64,000 nt of DNA, from assembly GCA_020137815.1 (NCBI GenBank), contig CM035350.1:1736001-1800000 (forward strand). Direction: 5' to 3'. The notes under the pieces were generated by a model, which saw only the letters and a list, made by a program, of their open reading frames with translations, was not told where the DNA came from and ran no database searches. Position 1 is the stretch's first letter; each line of letters starts with the position of its first letter. Shown piece after piece: positions 46,901 to 60,900 of the stretch. The position numbers and the translations under genes are program-made. Origin of the DNA: Hormiphora californensis. Taxonomy: Eukaryota; Animalia; Ctenophora.

Positions 46901-48541
46901 AGTGAGTGAGGGGTGAAGAGTGAGAGGGGCGAGTTGTGTCATTTTGGATAGGAATTAATTTGTTATTTGAAGTTTTACTGATTCATTTCATACCTAGTAT
47001 CAATCATTTCAGAGAAAACGAATCCTAAAAAACAGCTGAAGAAGGAATTATATCAAACAAAACAACCAACTACCACCACTGCAACAGTTCCAACTACCAC
47101 CTTCACTGCACCCCCAGCCTACTATGATCCCAGTACCCTACTGGATGAGGTCCAACAATACCGTGATCCAGAGGGGTTCGCAGTCCCAGCAGCTGTGCCA
47201 CCCTAGTATACCAAAACCATCCTCTAATGCGGGCAGTGGGTTTAGTGGAGGGGGACGGGGGAGGGCTCGGCCGGTATCTCCTGCTTCCTCGCTAGAAGGA
47301 GGGATTGATAGCAGTAGTAGTAGGACCAGGGGACGAGGACGTGGGAGGACTGCTCCACCAGTCGGAATGGAAACGCGACCTCCAAAACCCAGGTAAATCA
47401 GTGTTTATATTTTGTGCGGGTTATCATAAAATTTAGAGCTTGGAGATTGTGACAGTCACTCGGCGATTTTGTGAGTGTCGCGCGCAGTTAGTCCGCGCCT
47501 GAACAAAGCACAATTGTCAGCAGTACTAAAATGCCCGCGCACATGTTACAGGGTTGATCATGGGCCAACATCTGGAGGAGGATTTCCGCAGTTTGCTTCA
47601 CAGGATATCCGGTATGCGGATCCAATCTACCCTAGTTCTGGTGGTGGGAGAGAGGATTATTCTCAACCAACCCCCTTTCAACCGTCAAGGGAACCCATCT
47701 TTCTGGACCGGTAAGTTGAAATTAAAGTGTAAATCTAATAAATGCTATCCAGCGGAGTGTTTCTAAATGTAAAATTGCTGATGAGATTCTAGTTATTCCT
47801 TATTGAAAATGTTTATTCAGGGATGATGATATACCTGGCAGTCAGCCAGATAATTACCCGCAAAACGTGGAGCCCGCAGAACCAGAGGGAGAGGGATACA
47901 CGAGCCTGTTGTCCCTACTTAACGAAATAAATGTAGGAGGAAGTTCCCCGGTTAACACTGGTGGTAACCAGGGTCAGGGTAACAGCATTGGTGGTAACAG
48001 TAGCAGTGGTGGTTATGGTAACAGCAGTGGTAACTACGGTAACAGCAGTGTTGGTCGTGGTAACAGTGGTGGTAACAACGCTAACGCAGCCGGTGTCAAC
48101 TATGGCACCTCTAACTACAGTAGCAATGCACCAATTAATGATGGCAGAAACGTACCAATTAATTACGGTAGCAAAGCCTCAATCAACTACGGTCCCGCAT
48201 TTTCCCAGCCTTCCTCTTCAAATTACACCTCAGCCGCCAAACCGACCAACCCCACACCCTACCAATCAAAGCGCCCTACAACCCGACCTCCTACCACCAC
48301 CAAAAAGAGTGCCAACTACTCCGGGTACCAGTACAACACAGATGTGTTCCGACAGGCAGTTGGGCAGGTGCCAATAGGGGATGATAGTTACAACACGGAG
48401 AAAGTGGAGCCTATTGACTGGAACGCCTTTAGAAAGGAGAACAATATTGAGGTTAACACTGGGTTTACTGGGGGTAATGTTGCCATTGGAGGACGGGATT
48501 CTTGGAGTAGTGGGGACGAATATTATTATCCTAGTGACTGA
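43930..48541 (+). CDS. Second EXD2-like exonuclease (EXD2b) with RG-repeat and G/N/S-rich low-complexity C-terminus
   Basis: FIGLDCEW, VSLMQVAT...LIRL, VGINIDGD and DDWEAEELKPFQKAYAANDA. Intron positions largely match EXD2a. Tail contains GGGRGRAR, RGRGRGR and GNSSG repeats. Confidence 0.82.
44707..45919. mobile_element. 1.2-kb near-perfect palindromic element with TTAA TSD (Kolobok-like termini), in EXD2b intron
   Basis: TTAA|GGGTACACCTGG ... CCAGGTGTACCC|TTAA; ~600-bp arms and a 10-nt loop at 45308-45317. Confidence 0.9.
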
Positions 48542-48735
48542 TGTGTGTGTTTGCAATTGTTTATTTTAATATTAATTAACTTAAACCATGTTTAAACTGG
48601 AAGATACTCTTTTAATTCATATTTTGAACCCGAGAGTTTCAATTCTGGTATTAGGAGATCCCAACTAAATTCCCAGATCCCTTATTTAGTAACATGATTT
48701 CCCGATATTTATAGCAGCTGATATATCGAGACGTT

Positions 48736-50084
48736 ATGTTTATAGAGCTGCAGCTTAGTGCTACCTTGGAGAGTATAGCAAGTTTCACTGCCGAGGGTGA
48801 GGACTTCAGGTGGTATATAAAGGTACGAATATATCTCACTCTGCACCTGATATACGATCACTACTCATGCCCCTAAGGAAAAGGGTCCCCACTTCGGTGT
48901 GGTATCAGATGGTGGTAGTGCACAATGACTTGTCAGTTCTACTTTACTTCTACACCCCTGAAATATAACTATACCGGGAGACAAGTGCCCGGCACTGCAG
49001 TAATTCAAGCCGTTACCGCCCACATTACTACTATTCCATCTCTCAGGCAAAGTGTTCAAGTTGCGGGGAAGAGCCTCAGCACTTTATTTATGTGGCAGGG
49101 GACGAGAGTACAGAAGTTAAGGGAGGGAGGGGAACTGCCAATCTAGTTGTCAAATGCAAGATGTGCAACAGGGAAAATTCTATCAGTATTGTAGGTAGGG
49201 TTTGAAAATACATAATCAATTTTTGGGACCTTTTAGTTTTACTTGTCCCTTTACCTTTCTCTCTTCTTTTTCTCTTTCCCTTTGACACCTATTATATATG
49301 TGCACATTCCATTTTCCAATCTTCCCAGATGGCAGTATAAAGGCCTATACCAATGAGACGGGACAGTTCCAGTCTGTTGTGCGGTTTGAGTGTCGGGGCA
49401 TGGAACCCACCGACTTTTCTCCCAGAACAGGTATATCAGCTTCCCATTTGTTGTCTGTCTGTCTGTGTTCTGTCGGGGTTCTGTCTGTCTGGCAGTGGTA
49501 TTGAGAATGGCCATGGGTCTATTCTCAATATAGATCAGACCAACCCCCCCATGACAATGATAATTTATTTCACATCAAGGCTGGACGGCCACAGCGGCTG
49601 ATAGTGGCGCTCTGTTCACTGATGTAGATCTACAAGAGAAGGAGTGGTGTGACTACGACGAGAAAGAGGTATTAGCAGGCAGAACGCTAGAACTTTCTCC
49701 CCTTCAATTTCTCTTCCAACTTACTTCCAACTAAATGCACTTTTCACACTTCACAGCAGCACAGCACAATGCACATTGTTACAATATTTCCAAACGTGAA
49801 CAGAAACATGATTGTTTGCTGGCTCCTCACGTTGCGTGCGAGAGTTATACAAAAGAGATTAGATCGGGGGGGGGGGGGGGGCATTAGATTACAAGGTTCT
49901 TTAATCAGCAAGCAAGAAATCCATTACCTATTTAATATACTGCCCCTGCCCCATTATTTGAACACCCCCAGCCCTTTCTAACTCCCTTTACGCTTTAATT
50001 ATTATGCTTTTCTCACTTTCCTTTTAGGATAGAGAGGTGGGAATCTACGAAGTTAAAAGCTCCTTCAAGTCTGTGAAAGGGTAG
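48736..50084 (+). CDS. CZIB: CXXC motif-containing zinc-binding protein (UPF0587/C1orf123), 5 exons
   Basis: LQLSATLES...GEDFRWYIK, KCSSCGE, GGRGTANLVVKCKMCNRENSI, FECRGMEPTDFSP and EKEWCDYDEK. Confidence 0.92.
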
Positions 50085-51786
50085 GAGCGTTTCGAGTATT
50101 TAGGAAGAATTATTGGTTAGTGGGTTTTAGTGTTTTTGTTTTCACTACTTTTATGTTTTATTTGTTTTATTTTCCCGCCATGGTTACCCAACGTTTTTCT
50201 GTCTGACCTCAATTATACACGTTACGTAACGACCTGACTACTGTCTGCTAATGTTTATGCCTCGCTTCGTAGCCATGGCAACCAATGAGAGACAAGTGTG
50301 TAACAGGGAGAATGGAGAGCCGAATAGAAATCAATTCTACTCTACACTGATTCACTTCCTGAACTTGCGCGTTAAGTTGTTCCGCACCGTACCCTACACA
50401 CAGGTATGTATTATAGTGGTGTTCATAGCACCATGGTAACGCAATGTTGCCCCTTTAATTAACTCTCTCTTTCTTTCCCTCTCACCACACTGTAATAGAG
50501 CTTCTAAAGGTTTTAATCGTATTTGTATATCGTTTCTTCTGTGCTCTTTTTTGTTCCGACCCCCACACTATTCCTTCCCCCTGCAGTTGGTACCCGACTA
50601 CTTTGTGATACACACCAGCTGCTGGTCCCCTGAATACAGTACCTGTCCAGTATAGTTCTACTGCAGTCAACTAGTCCACCCCCGTTATGGGGTTCTTCAG
50701 CCGCTCAGATGTAAGTACCGGTTGTAGAGTTATTGATAGTATGATAGTATGATGTGCCATGTGTCACATGTGCGGTTCCCCTGATGGACATTGCAGGGTG
50801 GGCTACAACTAGCGTCCTCCGCAGGGGTAAGGGTTGGTTACTGACAGCATGATACTGAGTTGTAGAGAGCTGAAGTTTGAAGTAGCTAGATAGGAATGGT
50901 GCAACCTGGATTGTATTGATTGTGTTGGGCTTCCAAAACGGTACTGATTGTTAACGTCTATTAGTTGCAAAGTTGGAGCATCCTCCATGATCATGATCTA
51001 TTGAAGATCAGATCACCACACAGTCACATATCGAAGTGAGGATCAGCACACACACATGTGTATAATATTGTAGCTCCTCCTCCTCCTCTCACATGTAGCA
51101 TGCATTACTTAGTCCTTCCCATGCATCATTTTCTGAGTTTTCTCTCTGCACTGTCTATCTGCTAGTCCCCATCATATCACCGCCCTGGAGGACCCCTAGT
51201 TAGCTGTGTATCTACTCTAAGTAGAGGATTATATATCTCTTGATTGAAAGTTGTTGAGGAATAGCATCAGTTTAACCATTGAATTGAGGAATATAGCAGG
51301 AGGATCAGTTCAACTATTGGATTGAGGAACAGCAGCATTATTGGGAGGATCCTGCACCATCTTGTTAATCCACCACTACAATGGGAGTGAAGAGACTACT
51401 CAACTGTTTCTCTACTACCCCCAGTTACCCTGGTGATCCTGCTCCACCAAAGCAGCGGCAAAACCTCTACATTGTACCATCCACCCTTGTCAATGGATCC
51501 CCTTATAACTGTCGGGTAAGCCTGATTTGTTGTTTTTATTAGTTGATAGAGACTGGTGGGGAATTCCGTAGTCTATTTGTTGCCCTCATAGGGTCATTGT
51601 TGGTTACGCAGTCACCCCTAATATTGCACTCCGTGAGCTTCGCGGGTAAGAGTCATTGTGGGAGTTAGGTTACGATAAACAAGAATTCAAAACCCGGATA
51701 AAACATCTTTTTGTTATCTTTGGTGACCTAGATAGGCGTTGTTATGTTCTAACCCGGAGCTCGGCAAGATAGGCGATGGCTAAGTA

Positions 51787-53121
51787 GGGGAGCCACAGGT
51801 AATATGGGATACCTAACAACTTTCGGCCATAATTTTTTTTCAGATGACAATAAAGTCACGCCGTCTTCATAGGTGTGTCTTATTTGGACCAGGCTAACAC
51901 ATTACCACCAAAACTAACCCAACGAATGCTCCATAACGGAGATCTGGCACTATCCCATATTACCTTGAAAATTTGCAGTGGAATTTTAGTTTGGTGAAAT
52001 GGGATACCCATTTTTAACGAAAATGGGATATCCCATTTTATCAAAAAATTGGTATCCCATTTTATCAAAATTATTTTTTCGTCAGAATATGGTAACTTTA
52101 TTGCACTTTGCTAGTTTGTAAAGGTATTTAAGTTTTGTTTATAGTTAGTAAGTGGTCTGAAGACTCCCGCTATAGCCGACAGCCGTGAAATCATGAAAAG
52201 TTAGGATCAATCTACCTAATTTATTCACCAACGGGTGGCTAAAGCCTCATTTAACACTACTAATTTCAACAGAAGGGGTAAAAGCGTGAACAGGTTCATT
52301 TCCTAGCGGGGTGCTACCTGTATATAATTCCAGACAGGTCCAAAATTTAGAAATTCTAAAGAATTGGGGACCAAAGAGTTGATCGTTAACACATAAATGT
52401 GGAAAATATTTAGTAATTTTGCTAAACAAAGAAAGCTACACGGGTACCAGAAACCTTTTGGTGTCTATAATAGAAGATTAGATCAATGAGAATTGAATAA
52501 TTATACCCACACGTGTAGTCGTATTCTGCAGTTGTCACTCGGTGCATTTTTTTCAGAGAATACAAGTTTTTTTTCGAGTTACGAGCGAAAATAGGCTTTA
52601 TTAATAATCGTAAAGCTAGTTCTGAGAAATTTGTGTTTGAAATGGCCGTTTAAACAGCCAAAATTTCAGTATCCCATTTTTCCAAAACATGTTTTGGAAA
52701 AATGGGATAGTGAAATTTTGGTAAAATGGGGTATCCCGTTTCAGTAAAATAAAAGTATCCCATTATACCAAAATCATGAGTTTCTATAATTAGCTAATAT
52801 ATGATTAGATGACTGGTTAAAATGGTCTATTACTATTTAGTGCACGAGGCCGAAGGCCGAGTGTTCTAAATACAACAATAATGAACCGAGACCGACAGGT
52901 CGAGGTAGATCCTTTTACTTAGCTGCCGAGCCTGCGAGGCACGCTAAGTGTAACTACTGAGCGAGCCTGCGAGCTCTGTAGTTGTACTTTTGGGCCGAGC
53001 CTGCGAGGCCTAAAAGTGAAAGAATCTTTAACATTATTGTTGTGTAATAGAGCATGTAAAAGCAGTCATCTAATTTTATTAGATGATTTTGGAAACAAAC
53101 TGAGTGAACGAGATAAAGATT

Positions 53122-53168
<47 letters not shown>

Positions 53169-53886
53169 AGTGAGAGAGAGAGAGAGAGAGAGAGATAGGG
53201 AAAGAGAGAATCGAAGGCAGAGAGGGAAAGCAGATGCAGGACGCTCATTGGGGTGGTGCCATCACGTGACGATCACGTGACCTATAGTTGCAGAGGGGAA
53301 GAAAAGATAAGGGTTAGGGCGTGTGCACTGTGTGCAGTAGTTAGGGCGTGTGTACTGTGTAGTGACGTAATATTTATACTGAGCTGTGTGTGTGTGACTA
53401 GAAAGTGTCTAATTTTTCACATACCACTGCAACGGTATTTTACTTTATAATTACTAGTGTTTTGCAGTGGTCTAAGTTTTCACAGTGCACTGTAACCGGT
53501 GGTAACGGTGCACTGTGAAAACTTAGATCACCGGTCAAAATTGTCTAATTACAATTAGACACGTTCATTCTGATGCTCTGATCTCTTCAGGTATCGCTAA
53601 TAAATATCTTGCTCATAAACTAAGCCGATCGATAGGTTCTCAAGGAAACAGAGACGTGTGTACCAAATGAAAAAAGTGGCCTGATTTTTCACTTTCCTTA
53701 TTTTAAGATGACGAGGGTGCTAGTGTACCATCTAAACACTTCCCACCAAGGCTATAAACGGTTTCAGAACTAATCTAAGATCACTAATAAGAGTTATTAA
53801 CTATTTATGAGCCTGTAACATGGCCAATCTTTTCAAAACACCGATTTCCCATTTTACCAAATTTCCCATATTACCTGTGGCTCCCC
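51787..53886. mobile_element. Non-autonomous DNA transposon, 23-bp TIR, subterminal TCCCATTTT repeats
   Basis: TA|GGGGAGCCACAGGTAATATGGGA ... TCCCATATTACCTGTGGCTCCCC|TA; no transposase ORF. Confidence 0.82.
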
Positions 53887-56800
53887 TATTGGTCTGTAAT
53901 TTGAAACTCAGTCGATCTCTTATTTCCTACTCACACCACGACTTTTGTTTCCTCCTATTATAATGCTTATGGTTATTCATCACATGCATTTTGTCTTGGT
54001 CATCAAGTTGTTGGATGGTGTTGTGCCGCTTGCCTACATGTATTTTATCGTTAGTTCATTTAGTAAACTATTGAGAGTACTACACATGTGATGAATAATA
54101 ATGAAGGTACTTCAGCTTTTCATTAAGAAGACAATGCTCTGGGTGTGTGTGTGACGATTGAAGAGTTTTTATTCTTCTCCTCACCAGGGATAATGAGAGC
54201 TAGATTTGCGTCATTGACGGGAGGGTGGAGGGTATAATAGAAGAGAGAGAGGGTGGGAGAGTACAGGGGGGTTCAGCAGTGTTGAAACTTTTATCTTTGT
54301 GCGTGCCGAATAGAGAGCGATCTACAAGAGATTTGGAATGAAGATACACCTTTCTGTTATACTTTACTTTTCTTTGAGTTCTGAGTTATGCAAAAATAGT
54401 TTGACCCGAGAAAAGGAATTCAGTCATTTATTTGTTTAAGAATCACGGCTCCCAAAAATATTTTAGCTTGCTTTTGTTTTCGTAGACCTCTTAATCTTTA
54501 TAAAGCTCGACGGTTCCTATATATCAGATCAGTATGCTACGTTCCTAAACAACAAGTTTAACCCAAAAACTGTAAAGAATCGTATCGCTGAGGTGGCCTA
54601 GTATAGCCTAGCTACTGATAGAGACCAAGATCAGATCAGAAAGGGGGAGAGCGAGAGTGAGATAGAAAGAGTTAGATGGGAAATGGAGAGGGAGAGAGTG
54701 AGTTAGATAGAGAGGAAATGGAGTGAGAGTGAGTAGATAGAGAGGAAATGAAGTGAGAGCGCTAATGAGGTGCAGTATTATTGAAACATACACTGTACAT
54801 TGTATGGGGAAGCAGGTTTATTTATTTAAGAACTTTGAATAATACTTTAGTAAACCTCTGATCAATATCCAAGCAAGCCAGATCAGTGTGCTATGTGAGT
54901 GTGCTGGGAGGTATATCTCGGAAGTAGTTTATTCAGACCCTCTAATCCGTCAGATCAATACGATAGCGATGGAATTTTCAGTTTCAGCCTTTCCCTCCCT
55001 GCACTAGGTTTTCTCTTCTATAGCATTGTTTTTCAGTCGCTTCTCTCCTTCTTCGCTAAGGGCGTTCCATATGTAATTAGGTTTTAATCGAGTTTTTGAA
55101 GTCCACACTGAGACAGCTTTATCAAACCTTCTGTGGCAACTGCACATCACTTCAGTTGGCTGGTGATTTTGTAGGTGTCTTGTTTCGTGCCTTCTCCAGT
55201 TTGTAGTTGAGTGGATAGTTTTCTGCAAAATCTCCGTACCCCTGGTATTATCACCGGGGCTGTACTGAACTTTAGAGCCCCTGTGAGACTGTTCAGACTC
55301 TGAGACAGAGCCCTTGTGACGAGGGCCTTGTGAGACTAAGAACTTCCGATAGTTTGTGCGTGACATGTTTCGTGCCTTCTCACCGCTGTTGAAACGGAGA
55401 CAGGGAGATCATCAACGGAAACTAAAGAAGAAACAGCAGATATATGTCCTCCAAAATCGCGTAAGTGTAGTTTACCTACTTCTCATTGATAGTTGGTATA
55501 AATATTTAACTAGTTTACGCCCCACACCGAAGTTTGGTACAGTGGGAGTAAAATCAGGTCCCCAACTCTTACTTTTTTGTGTCGCATCTGGACTCTGATC
55601 AGTAATCTCTTATATTAGTAATCCAAGTATTTAATTGCCTGGCTAGACTGTACGTTTCGGGCAAGGGAGGGTAAAGGGAGGGTTAGAACATAACAAGTAT
55701 TTAATAGTATTTCATGACCACCCTCGCTCCTTATATTTCATCTTTAATACCCAATATAAAAATAATATGATCACGGCCCCAACAAACTCCCACCGGGCAC
55801 GCTGTGTGACGTTTCTGTGTGGAAAAGTCATACGTCTCCCTGCTAGCTATATTAAAGCGAGGACCCCCCCTTTTCTATGAGTGTGTAACTCAATAACAGT
55901 TCCACAACTAGCTAGTAGCTCCTCTTCTTGTTTTGTGCTATCTTCATTGTGATCTCACCATGCCCGTCGGGAGGCCTGTGGCTGCTAAGAAGTCTGCCAA
56001 ATTTTGGAAGAAGAAAACCAAATACTCCCAAGTGGTAAGAGTTCATGAGAATAGTCAACATTTTACAGACCAAGATTTCAACTAATTAGTGACGTTATAA
56101 CAGTAGTTACTTTTATTATTTACTTTTGGGAGGTATTGAGGAGTCAGGGGTGCTCGACCCTCTAGCTCACAGGAGTCAGAGATACAAGTAAGGGTCATGG
56201 AGATGCGGGTATTTAGTGGAAACAATGGGATATTATATGACGCCCGTGCTTGGTCTCTATAAATAGTTGTTTGGGCACACCACATATCTAACCAGTTATA
56301 TCAAGGGTACAAGTCGTGTGTCCTATTGTTCGTATATTGTCTAGATCTAAATATATGTGTCTGATTATTCTCTCGCCCCATGGAAGAGCTCTCCAGCTGC
56401 CCTATTCTACTAACAAGGTTTGTCATATTGTATGGGGTCTCTGTCACACTAGATAGGGGCAGAGTGTACCTTTGCCTCAGCTGTTCGACTGACAGGCTAA
56501 TCCTTGTCATACACCGCCTTCCTCCATCTCCGCAGTGCACAGAGATTGGGTTTTGAAATTCCCCTCAGATGGGACCGGACCACATGTGCTAAAAACACGT
56601 ACGCGTACGTGTTTCTAGATATGAATCACCTGTGATATCGGCATGGTAGTGATTGGGATTGATGCAAAAGTACATTTGTAGTCACTCCTAATCTCTTCTT
56701 TCCAGGAAAGTTTCCTCGGTCTATTATATTCACAGCCTTGCTTCTAATCGGGATTGCATGTGATACATTGATTACGCTCAGACTCTCACTGAATTCCCTC

Positions 56801-57671
56801 CCTCCCTGCACGCCTGTGTCGTCGTGTGACGTGTCAGTTAGAATCTTCTTCTTCAGTTAGACTCACTCTGGTCTTGTTTTTTGCTTGCCTTGTTTGACCC
56901 TCTCCCTCTCTCGTTACAAGTGTAAAGGAGGGTTAGAAGTTTTTGCTTGTTGTAATTCTGACCCACAGTTAGAGAGTCCCCCCTCTGATCAGTTAGAGAG
57001 AGCCCCCCCCCCCTCTCATCAGTTAGCTGTATCTCCTCTTCTAATTGTGCCGTTGCCATGCGGACTCAACTATATATCAATCTCTCTCTGCCATCTGTTT
57101 CAGTCGAGGACATTACTATACTTCTACATCTCTCCCATCATCCGTTAAACCATTAGAGTATTATAGACCGAGATGTAGAAGCGCTTACTTAGTACATCGC
57201 GATCATCACGCTCTATCCCTCCTTTCCGACTGTGGTCTCATTTTTCCCTCAATCTCTCTCGGTCATGAAAATTGGTACTTTGTCTATGTATTAGTGACAT
57301 TTTGGTCAGCTGTTGTTTTGCTTCCGATCTCACCAACAGAATTCACACACAGCTCATATAATTGTTGCTATGGCGGTTGTCAAGGTTGCATTAGCGGATG
57401 CGTTCCGCAAAACATCAGTCACCATGAACCCTATGTTCACATTCGCCGCGGCGGACGAGTTTCGGTTACCAGGGTTATTTGAAAAGGTGAGACATTTAGT
57501 TAGAGAAGGTTACAAAAGGTGGTATTGGAGACGGTTCTTGATTCAGAGGGTGTTTCCACTTTTGATGGAAGGAAGTCGAGAACGTATTGCCGGGGGGAGT
57601 CATTGGAGGGAGCCGGGAGGTGATAACTTTTTTGTAAAGTCGTGCAATGCATGCACTTCCTGATCAGAAGA

Positions 57672-57723
<52 letters not shown>

Positions 57724-57960
57724 GAGAGAGTGAGAGAGAGTGAGAGAGAGAGAGAGAAGACTGATGTTTGTTTTCAGCACATATTGTACGAAGGTACTGA
57801 GAGTGTGTAGCGACCTTCGTTGTTGTTTTCTATTGCCCGATCGCACTGGTTGTTGATTGTTGCAGTGTATTGATAGATTTACCCTTGTATCACGAGGTTC
57901 GGGTCCTAACAGACGGCTTTATAAAGTGGTGTACAGATCTGAGAGATTACCACCGCCACA

Positions 57961-60900
57961 ATGACCATGCTTAGATCCATGCTGGCTTTGAAGCTGAATG
58001 TACGTCCCTACTTGTCATACTACTATGATACATCAGGCACCTGGCCCTGTTTGGAAGGGGCAAATCCATCCCTAATTGTAACAATTCTCCTTCTAACACT
58101 CCCCCTTCCTACAGAGCGAAACTTCAGAAACGGATGGTCCTGAAAAGATAGAGACAGTTCACAGAGTGAATGTGAAGCCACTAACCCCACTACCCACCAA
58201 TACCAATAGTCCATCTCCTGACTCGGATGGTGAGTTAATTGTTTACATAGGATGGTTACAAACGCTTTGAAGAAATTGCGTCCATGTCTGAATAATATCG
58301 TATTTGGATCTTCCAAATCTTCCAAAAGCTGATCTCATTTTGTTTCAGATACCCACTCCACGACAACCAGTAACAATCAACAGTCTTCCACGTAAGCATT
58401 CCAGGGTCTAGATAATCTGTCAGTAGATCTGAGACCATGTTTGAATTCCAATCAATTACATCATCAATAGAAAGCCGGGTATCACTCCCCATCCCTTCGT
58501 GAGAAATATATTTGAAGCTACCTTCTTGGGAACTATATTTGAAACTACTGACGTCATTGTTCTACTGATGACATCATTGTTCAGGGATGACGTTCCTAAA
58601 CTGGATTCTGGAGTTAGAATGTTGTGTTTAGATGGAGGTGGAGCTAAGGGAGTTATTGAGGCTACTGTTCTAGATAAGGTCTTCCTCAGCGTGTCTGCAG
58701 CCCTAACGGTAAGACATTGTAACACTTTGCCTAGCTCGACCCCCTTTTCGCGAGCTCCGCCCACGAATGTAAAGGAAGGAATATAACAAGTAACACTTAA
58801 TGTTATTACTGTGCAAAATTAGGCTAAAGGTCCATCCTAAATGTTGCTCCCACACTAAGATTATGAATTTTCACTGCACAAAATATTATTGTCATATTAT
58901 TGTTCTGGAAACAAAGCATATTATGTTACATTCCAGGAGTATTTTAATGTCATTACAACGACATTATTGTATTCATTTTCATCATGACCATCCCTGCTGC
59001 ACTGATTCGCCACCCCAATCCACCCCCGCACACTAAGAAATACAAAACTATCCCAATTTCTCGACTCCCTCCCCCAACACATCAACTGATCCCTCCCCCA
59101 ACACTACCCTATGCTACCCCCCCTCAACTCCCCCTCCCCCCTCAGTACGAATACCAGGTAATGAACTGGTTAACGTTAGTGATAACAGACGATAAGAAGG
59201 ACATGGCACATGACAGAACGGATAACATCCTCCGATTTATCCTTACCCTCTGTAACACTAATAACACGGGGCCCAAACGATACAAACAGGTACACTGGCA
59301 TGTGTTATCACTACACGTGTTAACTATTATACTGGCATGTGTTATCAGATCTAACCCAGACACCCCCTTTCGCTTGGGGAGGGCCTGGTGTGAGTGGGTC
59401 GCCCGGTCTGATCGAACTACCTAGTCAATTGACCATTTCGTTCATACCGGGCGTACTCGTTTGCCCTGGGTGCTCCCCTTGAGAAGGATGGGACCTTTTT
59501 CCCCTCTAGCTCTAACCGTAACACCCACGCCCCTTTCTCTTGGGGAGGGCCTGGGGTGAGCGGGTCGCCCGGTCGGATCGACTCGTCTTTCTTGCCGGGC
59601 GTTACTCGTTTGCCCCGGGTGCTCCCCTCGAGATAAGGTGGCACCTACTTCCCTTCTAGCGTATCCCACTTTAGATCCCTTCAACGTTCCTGTCCTGTTT
59701 TCCTCCACACATATCCATCCTCCAGCTCCATACTCCTGCGGAACTATATTCCCCACAAGCCTGTGGATCTTCGAGAAACTGTCTTTAGTGCCTTTTTGTT
59801 TGTGTATTTAGCGATTTTCCTCGCACGGGGACGGACTATTTACGGACTGTTTTATAGTGTGTTTTCCATTATTTTGTTCAATTTTAAATTTTTTCAATCA
59901 ATCAATCAATCATAGATAGGACAGCACCTCTAGAGCAGTAGAATTCTCGCGACATAACCGATGATGATCACGACATCAATCATCACGATATTATAACTAT
60001 CCTTCACTAGGTTAAAGTGGTAGACAGGAGTTATAATATGAACGAGAGGCGGAAGTGCCTTGTTATTAGTGGTCTGGTTGACAATGATGACGCGTACAGG
60101 CCCTTTACTCACAAACAGAAGTTGTCCCTGCTAAAGAAGAACGAGGAACTGGAAAAGGCTGCCGAGGGACGGTCAATGCCTGGCCTGGAGATAAAGGTGT
60201 GTATTTTAGTGGTTGGAGGTAGTGTATATACCGTGTAGTTGGTGGTAGGATATACCTCACCATGATCTAGTCTTGATCTAGATGTGGAAGTTCACATGAT
60301 CATGTCACAATTCTGCAGATCATGTACCGTGTGAACTGGTATCTCGGTGTAATAGTTGTTGTTTCAAGCAGCATCATATCATATCCTGTAGGATTATATC
60401 ACCCACATAACCCACGCCTCTCATCTACCTCTTATCTCTTCCATCTTTCACCACGTGTTATCTCTCTTTCAGGATTTTCTCCACGGTGCCTCTAAGTACT
60501 GGGTGTTTTTCAACTCGGATGGCTCAGAGGAAACCCGGAAGAAGGTTGAGGAACAAATCAAACCCTTCTTTGTGACGGACCAGAAAAAGAAGCCGATCAA
60601 CTGTTGCAAGTTGATTATCCCCGCCATGTACCTCGCAGAGAATCACCAGGATTCAGCACGTGCAAAGGAGCTGGATGGTAGGGACTTGCTGCTGTTTTAC
60701 TGGGACGAACCGGTCAAAACTAAACATGCTCAGGCTCTAAAAGGTAGGTATTATTAGAAAAATACCTGGTTTATACAGACATGAGACAAGTACAACAGGC
60801 CAGATGCCGAAAGTACCTTTTTGTACCTCCAGACAGCCCCCCCCCCTCTGGCCCTAACACTAAGCTATTCAATATCCTCCCAGATAATCTGCTAAACATG

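Noticed and set aside
50480-51520. Possible degenerate coding or retroelement fragment
   Set aside because: Coding-like composition but interrupted frames and no motif I can name.
54900-57663. Possible decayed gene/transposase (ORFs 55004-55366, 57045-57663; ATG exon at 55960)
   Set aside because: No recognisable domain and no consistent spliced model.
59351-59650. Hammerhead ribozyme, SRP RNA or pre-miRNA
   Set aside because: No CUGANGA/GAAA core and no SRP helix-8 motif recognised; nothing in the sequence supports a miRNA call.
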